Counted from the first letter of the stretch, positions 49,050 to 61,608 are shown. The stretch is 64,000 nt of DNA from Alphaproteobacteria bacterium (GCA_965261735.1 OZ253470.1:2560001-2624000), one strand, 5' to 3'. Numbers and translations are program-made. The notes: generated by a model not told the origin, from the letters alone.

Positions 49050-50756
49050 CTAGGACGCCGCGGCCGTCACGGACGCGCTGGGCCGTGCCGGCACCTCGGC
49101 CGCGCGGTCGAAGGTATAGACGCTGAGGAGCTCGCTCCGGCCGCGCACCTCGATCTCGTGCGGGGTCAGGCCGGTCAGGTCGAGGCCGGCGCGCTCGACC
49201 ACTTCAGCCGAGAGCACGAGCTGCGAGTGGAACTCCTTGGTCATCGTCTCGAGCCGGCTCGCCGTGTTGACGGCATCGCCGATGGCGGTCACCGAGCGGA
49301 CGTCGCGATAGCCCATCTCGCCGACGATCACCGCGCCGACGTGGATGCCGATGCCCATGCGGAAGGGCTCGTCGAGATTGTCGGCGATCGAGCGGTTGAG
49401 CTCGTCGAGCGCGGCGCCCATGGCGCGCGCCGCCTCCACGGCCTCGCGGCAGCCGTGCTCGGCACCGCTGTCGATGCCGAACAGGGCCATGATGCCGTCG
49501 CCGATGAACTTGTCGAGGCGACCATTCTCGCGCTCGATGGCCTCTCCCATGGCGCGGAAATACTGGTTGAGGACGAACACCACGTCATAGGGCAGCTTGC
49601 TTTCCGAGAACTTCGTGAACGAGCGCAGGTCGGCGAACAGGACCGCGATCTCGCGCTCGCTGCCCTCCAGGTAGCTCGGGCGGCGGAAGCCGTCCCGCGC
49701 CGTCGCCGTGGGCGGCAACAGCGGCGTGACCTCGAGGTTGGCGGTCGGGCGGATCTGGCAGGCCAGCCGCACATCGGGCGGTACGCCGACGCGCTCGAGC
49801 ACGCGCGCCTCGTCGGCTGAGGGCGGCGTCAGAGACTCGCCGCCCTTGCCGATGCGGACCCGGCACGTCGAGCAGCGCCCGCGCCCGCCGCACACCGATG
49901 CGTGCGGGATGCCAGAGAGGCGGCTGGCTTCGAGCACGCTCGTGCCTGGCGGCACCGTGACCACCCGGCCGTCGGGGTAGGTCAGGCGAACGCGCCCCTC
50001 GCGCAAAGCGCGTATCGTGCGCGGCAGCCGCGCCGCAAGAACGATGAGCATGACTACCGCCATGACCACCCAGGCCTGGTCGCGCAGCTGGTATGCCCAG
50101 ACGCCGGCCTGGTCGCTCGGCCAGTTGATGGCTTCCTTGGCGCCGTCGAACCAGCCTGGGATCTGCATCAAGACTTCGACCTCGCGGCCGGCGCTCATGA
50201 AGCCGCCGAGCGAGATCACCGGCAGCAGCAGCGCAAACGCGAAGGCATAGGGGAGCGCCAGCGGATACCACGGCCGTAGCCGTAGCCAGTAATGCAGACC
50301 GAGGCAGCCATGTAGCCACACCCCAATGAGTAGGATGGATTGGCGCAAACCGTCCATTGGATTGAACACCCACAGCGACATGACGACCCAGGTGTAGGTG
50401 TCGTTGATGTCGTAGAACACGTGCAGGCCGCGGTTGCCGATGATGTGCAACGCGAGTAGCGGCGGGATCGCGAGCCCGACTAGAATCTGCACCGCCTCGC
50501 CGGGCCTCATGCGCCAGCTCCGGCGCCGGTACAGTGAGTAGAGGACGAATCCGATGTGCAGTATCAGCGCGCCGTAGAGCACGACCGTGCCGAGCGGATT
50601 GCGCCACAGGAAGAGGAAGCCGATGCGCACCCACTCCATGGCTGTGAGCGAGATCAGGCCGACTGCGTGATTCGCGAGGTGCATGCCGACATAGACGAAC
50701 AGCACCACGCCGCTGACGATGCGGACGCGCCCAACCCAGTTCAGCCGTGCGGTCAT
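49050..50756 (-). CDS. class III adenylate/guanylate cyclase with His-rich membrane domain and 2Fe-2S ferredoxin
   Basis: CGGRGRCSTC...LAC ferredoxin; FADLRSFT, DKFIGDG, GDAVNTASRLE cyclase motifs. Confidence 0.92.
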   Translation of the reverse strand: MTARLNWVGRVRIVSGVVLFVYVGMHLANHAVGLISLTAMEWVRIGFLFLWRNPLGTVVLYGALILHIGFVLYSLYRRRSWRMRPGEAVQILVGLAIPPLLALHIIGNRGLHVFYDINDTYTWVVMSLWVFNPMDGLRQSILLIGVWLHGCLGLHYWLRLRPWYPLALPYAFAFALLLPVISLGGFMSAGREVEVLMQIPGWFDGAKEAINWPSDQAGVWAYQLRDQAWVVMAVVMLIVLAARLPRTIRALREGRVRLTYPDGRVVTVPPGTSVLEASRLSGIPHASVCGGRGRCSTCRVRIGKGGESLTPPSADEARVLERVGVPPDVRLACQIRPTANLEVTPLLPPTATARDGFRRPSYLEGSEREIAVLFADLRSFTKFSESKLPYDVVFVLNQYFRAMGEAIERENGRLDKFIGDGIMALFGIDSGAEHGCREAVEAARAMGAALDELNRSIADNLDEPFRMGIGIHVGAVIVGEMGYRDVRSVTAIGDAVNTASRLETMTKEFHSQLVLSAEVVERAGLDLTGLTPHEIEVRGRSELLSVYTFDRAAEVPARPSASVTAAAS

Positions 50757-50766
50757 GGAGCCCAGC

Positions 50767-51759
50767 CTATCGGATCGCCTGTTCGACCAGTGGCGCCAGT
50801 GCTGTTTCCGGTCTCGCCCCGTAGTGGCTGATGATTTCTGCGGCGGCCTCGGCGCCGAGACGGCCGCAGGCTGCGAGCTCGAAACCATGTGTGAGACCGT
50901 ACAGAAAGCCCGCGGCGTAGAGGTCGCCGGCGCCGGTGGTATCGACCACGCGCGCCACCGGCGCCGCGTCAATCACGTGGACCTCGTCGCCCTGCACCAC
51001 GACCGAGCCCTGCGCGGACCGGGTCAGCGCCACGATGTCGCAACAGCCGCGCACGCGCTGGAGCGCCTCGTCGAAGTTCGCGACCTCGTAGAGCGCGGTG
51101 ATCTCGGCGGTGTTGGCGAACAGGACATCGACGTGGTGCTCCACGAGATCGCGGAACTCGTCGCGATAGCGCTCGACACAAAAGGCATCCGAGAGCGTGA
51201 GCGCGACCATGCGGTGCGCCTCGTGGGCCAGCGCCACCGCCTTGCGGAAGGCCTCCTTGGCGGCGGGCGGGTCCCACAGGTAGCCCTCGAGATAGGTGAT
51301 CCGCGCTCGCGCGATGGTGGTGGCGTCGACGTCGTCGGGACCGAGGCCGACGCAGGCGCCGAGGTAGGTGTTCATGGTCCGTTGTGCATCGCCGGTCACG
51401 AAGATCAGGCTGCGCGCCGTGGCCGGCCCGGCCTCGGCACGCGCGGTCTCGAACTCGACCCCGGCGGCGCGCAAGTCGTGGGCGAAGACCTCGCCGAGTT
51501 GATCGTTGCGCACCTTACCGAGGAAGGCACAGCGTGCGCCGAGCAGGGAAGCACCCGCCACCGTGTTGGCGGCGGAGCCGCCCGATATTTCGATGCCCGA
51601 CGGGCTGGCGGCATAGAGCCGGTCCGCGGTTTCACCGTCGACCAGCGTCATCGCGCCCTTGACGAGATCGTGCTTGATCAGGAGTGCATCGTCGGTATGG
51701 GAAATGATATCGACGATGGCATTGCCGATGCCGACGATGTCGAGCGGCGGTGGAGTCAT
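50767..51759 (-). CDS. PfkB family adenosine kinase
   Basis: GIGNAIVD, GGSAANT, EGYLWD, DTTGAGD. Confidence 0.9.
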   Translation of the reverse strand: MTPPPLDIVGIGNAIVDIISHTDDALLIKHDLVKGAMTLVDGETADRLYAASPSGIEISGGSAANTVAGASLLGARCAFLGKVRNDQLGEVFAHDLRAAGVEFETARAEAGPATARSLIFVTGDAQRTMNTYLGACVGLGPDDVDATTIARARITYLEGYLWDPPAAKEAFRKAVALAHEAHRMVALTLSDAFCVERYRDEFRDLVEHHVDVLFANTAEITALYEVANFDEALQRVRGCCDIVALTRSAQGSVVVQGDEVHVIDAAPVARVVDTTGAGDLYAAGFLYGLTHGFELAACGRLGAEAAAEIISHYGARPETALAPLVEQAIR

Positions 51760-51881
51760 GCGGTCTCGGGCCCCGGCCGGTTTCTGGCGGGCGCAGTTTA
51801 GCGGGGTGGCGCGCGATCTGTCGCTGTACAATTGCGCAGCTTAGGGCGGCCGTGCGCGCGCGTATCGGGCGAAGGGTGGCG

Positions 51882-52691
51882 ATGAGAGGACTCGGTGAGG
51901 ACAGGGTGCGGCCGCCGGCCGCGGCAAGCGGCGTCGGCCACGCGGCGGGCGAGGGCGGCGGCGTGCTATGGGCCTTCGTTCTGGCCTTTCGCCAGCTGCT
52001 CGATCCCTCGTTCATGGCGGTCACGCTGCGCGCGATCGGCCTGAGCCTCGTCGTGTTCGCGGCGCTGGCGGCGTGCGTGTGGTGGCTGCTCGCCGGCGCC
52101 GGGCTCTACGACGGGTGGTTCAGCTGGGTGTTCGCGGTCCTGGGGTGGCTCGGCGTGAGCTGGCTCTTCGACGTGCTGGCATGGCTCATCTTCGCGGGTG
52201 TCGTGTGGATGCTGTTTCCCGCCGTCGTCACGCTGTTCGTCGGCGTCTTTCTCGAGGACGTGGCGCGCGCGGTCGAGGCGCGCCATTACCCCGACGAGCC
52301 CGCCGGCGCCGATTTGTCGATGGGACGCTCGCTGATCGTCGGCGCCAAGCTGACGGTGGTTATCGTACTCGTCAATCTGGTGGCCCTTCCGGCCTATCTG
52401 GTCTTGTTCTTGTTCCCGCCAACAAATCTCTTTGTTTTCTATGGGTTGAACGGCTATCTTCTGAGCCGAGAGTATTTCGATCTGGTGGCGCTGCGGCACG
52501 TTGATGAAGTCGCCGCACGCGGCCTGAGGCGGCGCTACCAGGGGCGCCTGTTCGTCGCGGGGCTGATGATCGTCTTTCTACTCACTGTGCCCCTCGTCAA
52601 CCTGGTGGCGCCGATAGTGGCAACCGCCGCCATGGTTCACCTGCACAGGTCCCTAAGCGCCGCGGACCGCGGAACGCCCCGACGAGGATGA
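51882..52691 (+). CDS. EI24/CysZ-like membrane protein
   Basis: VARAVEARHYP, NGYLLSREYF, VPLVNLVAP; start uncertain. Confidence 0.8.
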   Translation: MRGLGEDRVRPPAAASGVGHAAGEGGGVLWAFVLAFRQLLDPSFMAVTLRAIGLSLVVFAALAACVWWLLAGAGLYDGWFSWVFAVLGWLGVSWLFDVLAWLIFAGVVWMLFPAVVTLFVGVFLEDVARAVEARHYPDEPAGADLSMGRSLIVGAKLTVVIVLVNLVALPAYLVLFLFPPTNLFVFYGLNGYLLSREYFDLVALRHVDEVAARGLRRRYQGRLFVAGLMIVFLLTVPLVNLVAPIVATAAMVHLHRSLSAADRGTPRRG

Positions 52692-53158
52692 CCATGTCCA
52701 TACCCGATCCGTCCAACACGCCGTTTCGTCCCGAGATCGCGCGCCGCGTGACGCCCCTGACGGGTTCGCTCGGCCACGCCGGCACCGCCGACAGCAAACA
52801 GCTCATCGTCGGGCGGGACATTTCGCTGACCGGCGAGATCAATACGTGCGAGAAGCTGATCGTCGAAGGCCAGGTCCAGGCCACGCTGTCGGACTGCCGC
52901 AGCATCGACGTGGCCAAGACCGGCACCTTCACCGGCTCCGCCGAGGTCGGGGAGTGTGAGGTCAGCGGGATCTTCGACGGCGAGCTCACCGTGCACGGCC
53001 GGCTGTACGTTCACGCCAGCGGCAAGATCACCGGCCGCATCCGCTACGGCGAGCTCGAGGTCGAGCGCGGCGGCGAGCTCGACGGCGATGTCCTCAGGAC
53101 GGGCGCCGACGCGCCGGCCCTTCCGGTCGCGCCGCGCGCCACGCCGGAGGGCGCGTGA
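52688..53158 (+). CDS. bactofilin (polymer-forming cytoskeletal protein)
   Basis: beta-helical repeats LIVG..I.LTGEI...LIVEG...GELDGDV. Confidence 0.87.
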   Translation: MTMSIPDPSNTPFRPEIARRVTPLTGSLGHAGTADSKQLIVGRDISLTGEINTCEKLIVEGQVQATLSDCRSIDVAKTGTFTGSAEVGECEVSGIFDGELTVHGRLYVHASGKITGRIRYGELEVERGGELDGDVLRTGADAPALPVAPRATPEGA

Positions 53159-53237
53159 GCGCAGGAGCGGCGTGCCCGGCGCCGGTTTGCGCCAGGCACC
53201 CCGGTGACAGCCACATGAAGCGGGTGGACCGCGCGCG

Positions 53238-53789
53238 GTGATTCTCGGCCTCAGGGGGGGAAGTGAGCGCCGGCGGGGCGTCCGCGCAACGGTTCCGGCT
53301 GCGCTGATCGGTGTGTTGATCCTCGCCGCCTGTGCTTCACAACCAACGCCTGTGACGCCGGTCGCCAAGACCGCGACGAGTACCGCTACGGGGAACTCGC
53401 CTCAGCCCCGCACGCAGGCGTCGGCGACCGCCGTCAGCGCGCCAGCGGCCGGCGCGACGGCGTCGCAAGCCACGCCAGTGGCGCTGGCGCCACCGCCTGC
53501 GCCCGCGCCCCGCGTGGCACCGCCGCCACCCAAGCTCATCGGCATGTCGCGCAGCGATCTCTTCGTGCTGCTCGGCGTACCGAGCTTGATTCGCAACGAC
53601 GCCCCGGCGCAGATCTGGCAGTACGCGAACTCGGCCTGCGTGCTCCACCTCTTCCTCTACGAGCGCGGCGCGGGGTCCTATCGGGTCGAGCACTACGAGG
53701 TCAGCGAGCGCGGCGCGGCACCGGCGGGCGGGCAGGCGTGCGTCGGTGGGTTCCTCGGGGCCGCCCGCCGCGCCGTCGGCATCAGCTAG
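53238..53789 (+). CDS. hypothetical lipoprotein
   Basis: LAAC lipobox, low-complexity linker, LLGVP...WQY...CVLHLFLY domain. Confidence 0.7.
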   Translation: MILGLRGGSERRRGVRATVPAALIGVLILAACASQPTPVTPVAKTATSTATGNSPQPRTQASATAVSAPAAGATASQATPVALAPPPAPAPRVAPPPPKLIGMSRSDLFVLLGVPSLIRNDAPAQIWQYANSACVLHLFLYERGAGSYRVEHYEVSERGAAPAGGQACVGGFLGAARRAVGIS

Positions 53790-53798
53790 GCGGATTCC

Positions 53799-54443
53799 TC
53801 ACACCGTCGTCTTTGCGCGATAGGCGCAGAGGTCGCGCACGTCACAGCCCGGGCAGTCAGGCCGCCTAGCCTTGCACACGTAGCGCCCGTGCAGAATGAG
53901 CCAATGGTGCGCGTGCGGCTTGTAGTGCTCGGGTACGGCCGCCAGCAACTTGCGCTCGACCGCCAGCGGCGTCTTGCCGCGCCCGAGCCCGGTGCGATTG
54001 GCGACCCGGAAAATGTGCGTATCGACGGCGATGGTCGGCAGCCCGAAGGCCATGTTGAGGACGACGTTGGCGGTCTTGCGGCCGACGCCCGGTAGCGCTT
54101 CCAAGGCCTCGCGCTCGCGCGGCACCGCGCCGGCGTGGTCATCGAGCAGGGCCTGACTGAGGCCGATAATGTTCTTGGCCTTGGTGTTGAACAGGCCGAT
54201 CGATTTGATGTGGTCGCGGACCCGCGTCTCGCCGAGCGCCACCATCTTGGCCGGGGTGTCGGCGGCGGCGAACAGCGCCGGCGTCGCTTTGTTGACGCCG
54301 GCATCGGTGGCCTGTGCCGAGAGGACGACGGCGACCAACAGCGTGTAGGGCGATGCGTGCTCGAGCTCGCCGCGCGGCGCCGGGTTGGCCGCCGCGAGGC
54401 GTCGGAAGAACTCCTCGATTCGCTCCTTCTTCACAGCGTTCAC
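53799..54443 (-). CDS. nth: endonuclease III
   Basis: LSAQATD, LPGVGRKTANV HhH motif, VDTH, C-x6-C-x2-C-x5-C. Confidence 0.96.
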   Translation of the reverse strand: MNAVKKERIEEFFRRLAAANPAPRGELEHASPYTLLVAVVLSAQATDAGVNKATPALFAAADTPAKMVALGETRVRDHIKSIGLFNTKAKNIIGLSQALLDDHAGAVPREREALEALPGVGRKTANVVLNMAFGLPTIAVDTHIFRVANRTGLGRGKTPLAVERKLLAAVPEHYKPHAHHWLILHGRYVCKARRPDCPGCDVRDLCAYRAKTTV

Positions 54444-54536
54444 TCTACGGCGCCCGGGCGATGCGCACAAAGGCGATGCGCCCGCCGCCTAGGGCGCCGT
54501 TGCCGGCGCAGAGCGGGCCTACTATCATCGCCAGGC

Positions 54537-55036
54537 ATGGACTATGAGGACTCACCACGCGCGCCGCGCCTGTGGTTCGATGCCGTGCTGCGGCCCCATC
54601 CTCGCCGACGGGCTTCTGGCTCCTGATGGCGGGCGTCGCCTGCGTGAGCTTCACCGCCGGCCTCGCGTTCTTTCTTGCCGGGGCGTGGCCGGTGATCGGG
54701 TTCCTGGGGCTCGACGTGGCCCTCATCTACGTCGCCTTTCGCGCCAACTACCGCAGCGGCCAGATGAGCGAAACCCTGCAGCTCGGCGATCGCGAGCTCG
54801 TGGTCCGCCGCGTCAGCCCCTATGGCCGGGTGCGAACATGGACCTTTCAGCCCTATTGGCTGCGCGTGGCGATCGACGATCCGCCCGCCCATCACAGCCA
54901 GCTCACCCTGTCCTCGCACGGGCGCTCCCTGGTGGTCGGCGCGTTCCTGACCGCCGAGGAGCGGCTCGAGCTCGCCCGGGCGCTGCGCGATGCTCTGGTG
55001 CGGCAGCGCGAGATGGCCCCGATCACGACTTCGTAA
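54537..55036 (+). pseudogene. DUF2244 membrane protein with a frameshift near 54600
   Basis: MDY...FDAVLRPH in one frame; SPTGFWLLM...GAWPVIGFLGLD...GAFL in another. Confidence 0.7.
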
Positions 55037-55118
55037 GCGCCGCAAGATCCGGGTGGCGCCGGGCGGCCTGGGGCCTTATTTCAGACCCGTTGGCACGCGA
55101 TCTTCGAGGGGTGCGACG

Positions 55119-55997
55119 ATGAGCGCGAATTCCGGGCGAGGCCCGAGCGACTACGACAGGGTGGCGCAAGCGATCCTGTTCATCGAGGACCATGCCGGCG
55201 AACAGCCGGACCTGGCAGCGGTCGCCGCCGACGTCGGCCTCAGCCCCTATCACTTCCAGCGCCTCTTCCGCCGCTGGGCCGGCATCAGCCCCAAGCGCTT
55301 CCTGCAATGCCTGACTGTGGAGCACGCCAAGCGCGCGCTTGCGGAGTCGCGGAGCGTTCTCGATGCCGCCTTTGAGGTCGGCCTGTCGGGGCCCGGGCGG
55401 CTGCACGATCTGTTCGTCGCCACCGAGGCGATGACGCCGGGTGAGTACAAGCAGCGTGGCCGCGGCCTCGATATCCACTACGGCTTCCACGCGACGCGGT
55501 TTTCCGATTGCCTGCTGCTCGTGACGAGCCGCGGCATCAGCGGCCTCGCCTTCACCGAGCATGCCGGCCGCGAGGGTGCGCTCGCCGACATGCGGCGGCG
55601 CTGGCCGCACGCGCGGTACGTCGAGGACCACGGCCGCACGGCCCCGCTCGCGCGCCGCATCTTCGCATCCGATGCGGGCGCGAACGGCGAGCCGTTTCCG
55701 CTCTTCCTCGGCGGCACCAACTTCCAGATCAAGGTGTGGCAGGCGCTGCTCACCATCCCGCCGGGGTGCCTCGCGACCTACGATTGGATCGCTGGCGCCA
55801 TCGGCCAACCGAGCGCGGCGCGCGCGGTCGGCGGCGCGGTGGCGGCCAATCCGATCTCCTACCTGGTGCCGTGCCACCGTGTGATCCGCAAGAGCGGCGT
55901 CATCGGCGACTACGCCTGGGGCCCGACCCGCAAGAAGGCCATGCTCGGCTGGGAAGCGGCACGCTCCACGGGCACGGGTGAAAGGGCCGCCGCTTAG
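55119..55997 (+). CDS. ada: AraC-HTH / methylated-DNA-protein-cysteine methyltransferase (Ada-like)
   Basis: LSPYHFQRLF, GTNFQ, RAVG, VPCHRV active site. Confidence 0.9.
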   Translation: MSANSGRGPSDYDRVAQAILFIEDHAGEQPDLAAVAADVGLSPYHFQRLFRRWAGISPKRFLQCLTVEHAKRALAESRSVLDAAFEVGLSGPGRLHDLFVATEAMTPGEYKQRGRGLDIHYGFHATRFSDCLLLVTSRGISGLAFTEHAGREGALADMRRRWPHARYVEDHGRTAPLARRIFASDAGANGEPFPLFLGGTNFQIKVWQALLTIPPGCLATYDWIAGAIGQPSAARAVGGAVAANPISYLVPCHRVIRKSGVIGDYAWGPTRKKAMLGWEAARSTGTGERAAA

Positions 55998-56074
55998 CCT
56001 CACCCAAAGGCCTATCCCGGGGCCGGTGTTTGCGGGCAAGATGAGCGGTCCGCACCGCCGGCTCACAGGCCCTC

Positions 56075-56998
56075 ATGTCCTCTTCGATCACGCTTCGCGC
56101 GGTCGCGCTTCTGCTTCTGCTGTCGGCGCTATGGGGCGGCTCGTTCGCGCTCATCAAGGTGGCCGTGGACACCATCCCGCCGGCGACTGTCGCGCTCGGG
56201 CGGCAAGCAGTGGCCGTGGTGGTCCTGCTCGCCATCGTCTATGCGCGGGGCGAGAGCCTGCGCGCGCCGCGCTCGGTGTGGCTCGCCTACATTGCCATCG
56301 GCATTTTGGGCAATACGGTGCCCTTCGTGTTGATCCATTGGGCCGAGACCAAGGTGGACAGCGGCCTCGCCGCCATCCTCATGGCCATCGCACCGTTGTT
56401 CACGATGGTTCTGGCCCACGTGTGGACGAGCGACGAGCACCTCACCCCCACCAAGACGCTCGGCCTTCTCGTCGGCCTATCCGGTATCGCGGTGCTGGTT
56501 GGGTGGGACGCGATGTCCAACCTCGGGACAGCCGTGATCGCGGAACTCGCGCTGATCCTCGCGGCACTCGGCTACGCGTTCGCGAACGTGGTCTCGCACG
56601 TGTACCTGCGCGGCATTTCGCCGACCACCCTCGGCGCCGGGGTGCTCCTCGTCGGCACAATCTCGGCGCTGCCGGTGAGCCTGATCTTCGACGCGCCGTG
56701 GCAGCTCGCGCCCTCACCGGGCTCCATGGCCGCTGTCCTGGTGCTGGGTTTGGTGGCGACGGCGGCGGGCTGGGTCGTCTTCTTTCGCCTTGTCATCACC
56801 GTGGGCGCCACCTTCGCAGCGCTGAGCAACTACCTCGTTCCCGTCCTTGCGATCGGCGCCGGCGTCGTCTTCCTCGCGGAACGGCCGAGCCTCCAATCGG
56901 GGATCGCCCTCGTGCTGATTTTGAGCGGCGTGGCGCTGACTACCGTCGGGATCCGCAACCGCGCCCGCCGCGCGGCCGGACCGATCACGGGCGGTTAG
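56075..56998 (+). CDS. DMT/EamA family transporter
   Basis: LWGGSF, PFVLIHWAE, NYLVP, multiple TM segments. Confidence 0.88.
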   Translation: MSSSITLRAVALLLLLSALWGGSFALIKVAVDTIPPATVALGRQAVAVVVLLAIVYARGESLRAPRSVWLAYIAIGILGNTVPFVLIHWAETKVDSGLAAILMAIAPLFTMVLAHVWTSDEHLTPTKTLGLLVGLSGIAVLVGWDAMSNLGTAVIAELALILAALGYAFANVVSHVYLRGISPTTLGAGVLLVGTISALPVSLIFDAPWQLAPSPGSMAAVLVLGLVATAAGWVVFFRLVITVGATFAALSNYLVPVLAIGAGVVFLAERPSLQSGIALVLILSGVALTTVGIRNRARRAAGPITGG

Positions 56999-57810
56999 CC
57001 GGCGCCCAGTCCGAGAACGTCGTCCATGCCGTAGAGCCCGGGGGGCCGGCCCGCCACCCACAGCGCGGCGCGGATGGCGCCGCGCGCGAATACCTGCCGG
57101 CTCGAGGCCTTGTGCGCGAGTTCGAGCCGCTCGCCCTCGGCGGCGAAGATGACCGCATGATCGCCAACCACGTCACCGCCGCGCAGCGTGGCGTAGCCGA
57201 TGGTGCCGGCCTGCCGCGGCCCGGTAATCCCGTCGCGCACCCGGACCTCGGAATCGGCGGGCTCAATCCCGCGGCCCGCGGCGGCCGCGCGTCCCAACGC
57301 CAGCGCCGTCCCCGACGGGGCGTCGACTTTATGGCGGTGGTGCATTTCCAGGATCTCGATGTCGTAGTCGGCATCGAGCGTGCCCGCCACTTGCCGCACG
57401 AGCCCGAGGAGCAGGTTGATACCGACGCTCATGTTCGCGGCCTGCACGATCGCGACCTTGGCCGCGGCGCCCTCGAGCACCGCGCTCTCGGCAGCGCCGA
57501 GGCCCGTGGTGCCGACGACGAGGGCGGTGCCCGACTCGGCGGCGAGCGCGGCGTGCACGACGGTCGCGGCGGGCGTCGTGAAATCGAGGACGACATCGGC
57601 CGCGGCGAAGAGCGCGCGCGCATCCCCGGTCACGCTGAGCCCGACGGTCCCGAGCGCCGCGAGCTCGCCGATGTCTTGGCCGAGCGCCGGATTGTCCGCA
57701 CCCTCGGACCCGGCCGCCAGCACGCACCCCGTCGTCAGCGCCGCCTGGCGCACGAGCATCGTGCCCATGCGCCCGGCGCAGCCGGTGACGCCGATTTTCA
57801 CGTCCGCCAT
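56995..57810 (-). CDS. dapB: 4-hydroxy-tetrahydrodipicolinate reductase
   Basis: GCAGRMG, DFT, GTTG, EMHHRHKVDAPSGTA. Confidence 0.97.
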   Translation of the reverse strand: MADVKIGVTGCAGRMGTMLVRQAALTTGCVLAAGSEGADNPALGQDIGELAALGTVGLSVTGDARALFAAADVVLDFTTPAATVVHAALAAESGTALVVGTTGLGAAESAVLEGAAAKVAIVQAANMSVGINLLLGLVRQVAGTLDADYDIEILEMHHRHKVDAPSGTALALGRAAAAGRGIEPADSEVRVRDGITGPRQAGTIGYATLRGGDVVGDHAVIFAAEGERLELAHKASSRQVFARGAIRAALWVAGRPPGLYGMDDVLGLGAG

Positions 57811-57938
57811 CGTCGATGCGCGCCCCGTCAATCGCCTCTCGGCGAGTGTAGCGAGGCGCGCGCCGGGGCGGTGCGAAAAATATTTTGCGGCGGACAGTCT
57901 CCGCCGATGTTGCGAGCGAGAGCTTCGGGCCTCGCCGC

Positions 57939-58328
57939 TCAGCCGCCCATCGGCGAACAGATCTCGACGGTAACGCCGTTGGGGTCGCGCACGTAAGCCA
58001 CCGTCTGGCCCCACGGCTTCTCCTGTGGCGGCGTGATGGCCGCGGCGCCTTGGGCCACCGCGTTGGCATAGGCGGCATCGACCGTGTCCGTGACCAGCGC
58101 TACCTCGAAGGCCGCGGCCTCCTCGTCGCTTCGGCTGCGGCGGTAGGTGAAGCCGTGGCTGGCCGCGAGGGTTTCGGAGGCGAAGGCGAGCGCCGTCGTT
58201 CCGGTGTCGAGCTCGCCATACTCGCCGCTCTCGTGCAGGAAATGACGCTTCAACCCGAAGGCGCGCTCATAGAACGCCAGCGCCTCGCCAACGTCCGGCA
58301 CGTAGAGGATGATGTAACCCAATTTCAT
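57939..58328 (-). CDS. VOC/glyoxalase/bleomycin-resistance family protein
   Basis: ILYVPDV...FYERAFG, PWGQTVAYVRDPNG..VE. Confidence 0.9.
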   Translation of the reverse strand: MKLGYIILYVPDVGEALAFYERAFGLKRHFLHESGEYGELDTGTTALAFASETLAASHGFTYRRSRSDEEAAAFEVALVTDTVDAAYANAVAQGAAAITPPQEKPWGQTVAYVRDPNGVTVEICSPMGG

Positions 58329-58349
58329 GATATGCCTCCCTTATAGTGG

Positions 58350-58364
58350 GAACATATCAAGAAC
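58350..58364 (-). promoter_or_regulatory. LexA (SOS) box upstream of VOC gene
   Basis: minus strand GTTC-TTGATAT-GTTC, 21 bp upstream of ATG, next to a TATAAG -10-like hexamer. Confidence 0.7.
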
Positions 58365-58415
58365 ATGAGGAATGAGTCCAGAAACGATGCCGTGGTCGGC
58401 GTTCCCGGAGCCGCC

Positions 58416-59537
58416 CTAGTCCCGCAGGTCCTCCCATAGCTCCTTGACCTTGGTGAAGAAGCCCTCGGACTCGGGGTTGGTCTTGGCGGTGCCGCCCTTC
58501 TGGAACTCGCGCAACAGTTCCTTCTGCTTGGTCGTGAGGTTGACCGGCGTTTCCACGGTGGCCTGGATGTACATGTCGCCATGGCCGGACGAGCGCAGGA
58601 TCGGCATGCCCTTGCCGCGCAGGCGGAACTGCTTGCCGGACTGGCAGCCGGCGGGGATGGTGACCTTGGCGCGGCCGCCCTCCAGCGTCGGCACCTCGAT
58701 GCTGCCGCCGAGCGAGGCCGTCGTCATCGGGATGGGGACGCGGCAATAGATGTGGGCGCCGTCGCGCTGGAAGATGCGGTGCGGCGCGACCGACAGGAAG
58801 ATGTAGAGATCGCCCGGGGGTGCGCCGCGCACGCCGGCCTCGCCTTCGCCCGCGAGCCGAATGCGCGAGCCGTCCTCGACCCCACGCGGGATATCGACGG
58901 CGAGCGTCTTTTCGCGCCGCACCCGGCCCGCGCCGTTGCACGCCGGGCACGGATCCTTGATGACGCGGCCCTGCCCCTGACAGGTCGGGCAGGTGCGCTC
59001 GATGGTGAAGAACCCCTGCTGGGCGCGCATGCGGCCCGCGCCGCCGCATGTCGGGCATTGGCTGGGCGCCGAGCCCTGGGCCGAGCCCGTGCCGGTGCAA
59101 GGCTCGCAGGTGACGGTCGTCGGCACCCGCACCTGCGCCTTGCGCCCGCGGAAGGCCTCGTCGAGGGTGATTTCCAGGTTGTAGCGCATGTCGGCGCCGC
59201 GGGCCTGCTGGGTGCGCCGCGTACCGCCCATGAATTCGCCGAACAGGTCGTCGAAAACATCGGTGAAGCGGGCCGTGAAATCGAAGCCGTCGGCGCGGCC
59301 GCCGGCGCCCGCCTCGAACGCCGCGTGGCCGTACTGCTCGTAGGCGGCGCGTTTTTGATCGTCCTTGAGGACGTCGTAGGCCTCGCTGATCTCCTTGAAC
59401 TTGTGCTCCGCCTTCTTGTCGCCGGCGTTGCGGTCGGGGTGGTACTTCATCGCGAGCGCGCGATAGGCCTTCTTCAGCTCGTCGGCTGAGGCGCCGCGGC
59501 TGACACCGAGAACGTCGAAGTAATCCTGCTTCGCCAT
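58416..59537 (-). CDS. dnaJ: chaperone DnaJ
   Basis: HPD J-domain and four CxxCxGxG repeats. Confidence 0.98.
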   Translation of the reverse strand: MAKQDYFDVLGVSRGASADELKKAYRALAMKYHPDRNAGDKKAEHKFKEISEAYDVLKDDQKRAAYEQYGHAAFEAGAGGRADGFDFTARFTDVFDDLFGEFMGGTRRTQQARGADMRYNLEITLDEAFRGRKAQVRVPTTVTCEPCTGTGSAQGSAPSQCPTCGGAGRMRAQQGFFTIERTCPTCQGQGRVIKDPCPACNGAGRVRREKTLAVDIPRGVEDGSRIRLAGEGEAGVRGAPPGDLYIFLSVAPHRIFQRDGAHIYCRVPIPMTTASLGGSIEVPTLEGGRAKVTIPAGCQSGKQFRLRGKGMPILRSSGHGDMYIQATVETPVNLTTKQKELLREFQKGGTAKTNPESEGFFTKVKELWEDLRD

Positions 59538-59646
59538 GGGCCCCTATACCCAGCCGCTCAAGGGCGCGCGGTACGGCCCATGCCGCCGGTTAACGAGCGA
59601 TCCTCGTTCACGAGATTTCCGCGCCCCTGTCTCGGTCGGGCCGCGG

Positions 59647-61608
<1,962 letters not shown>

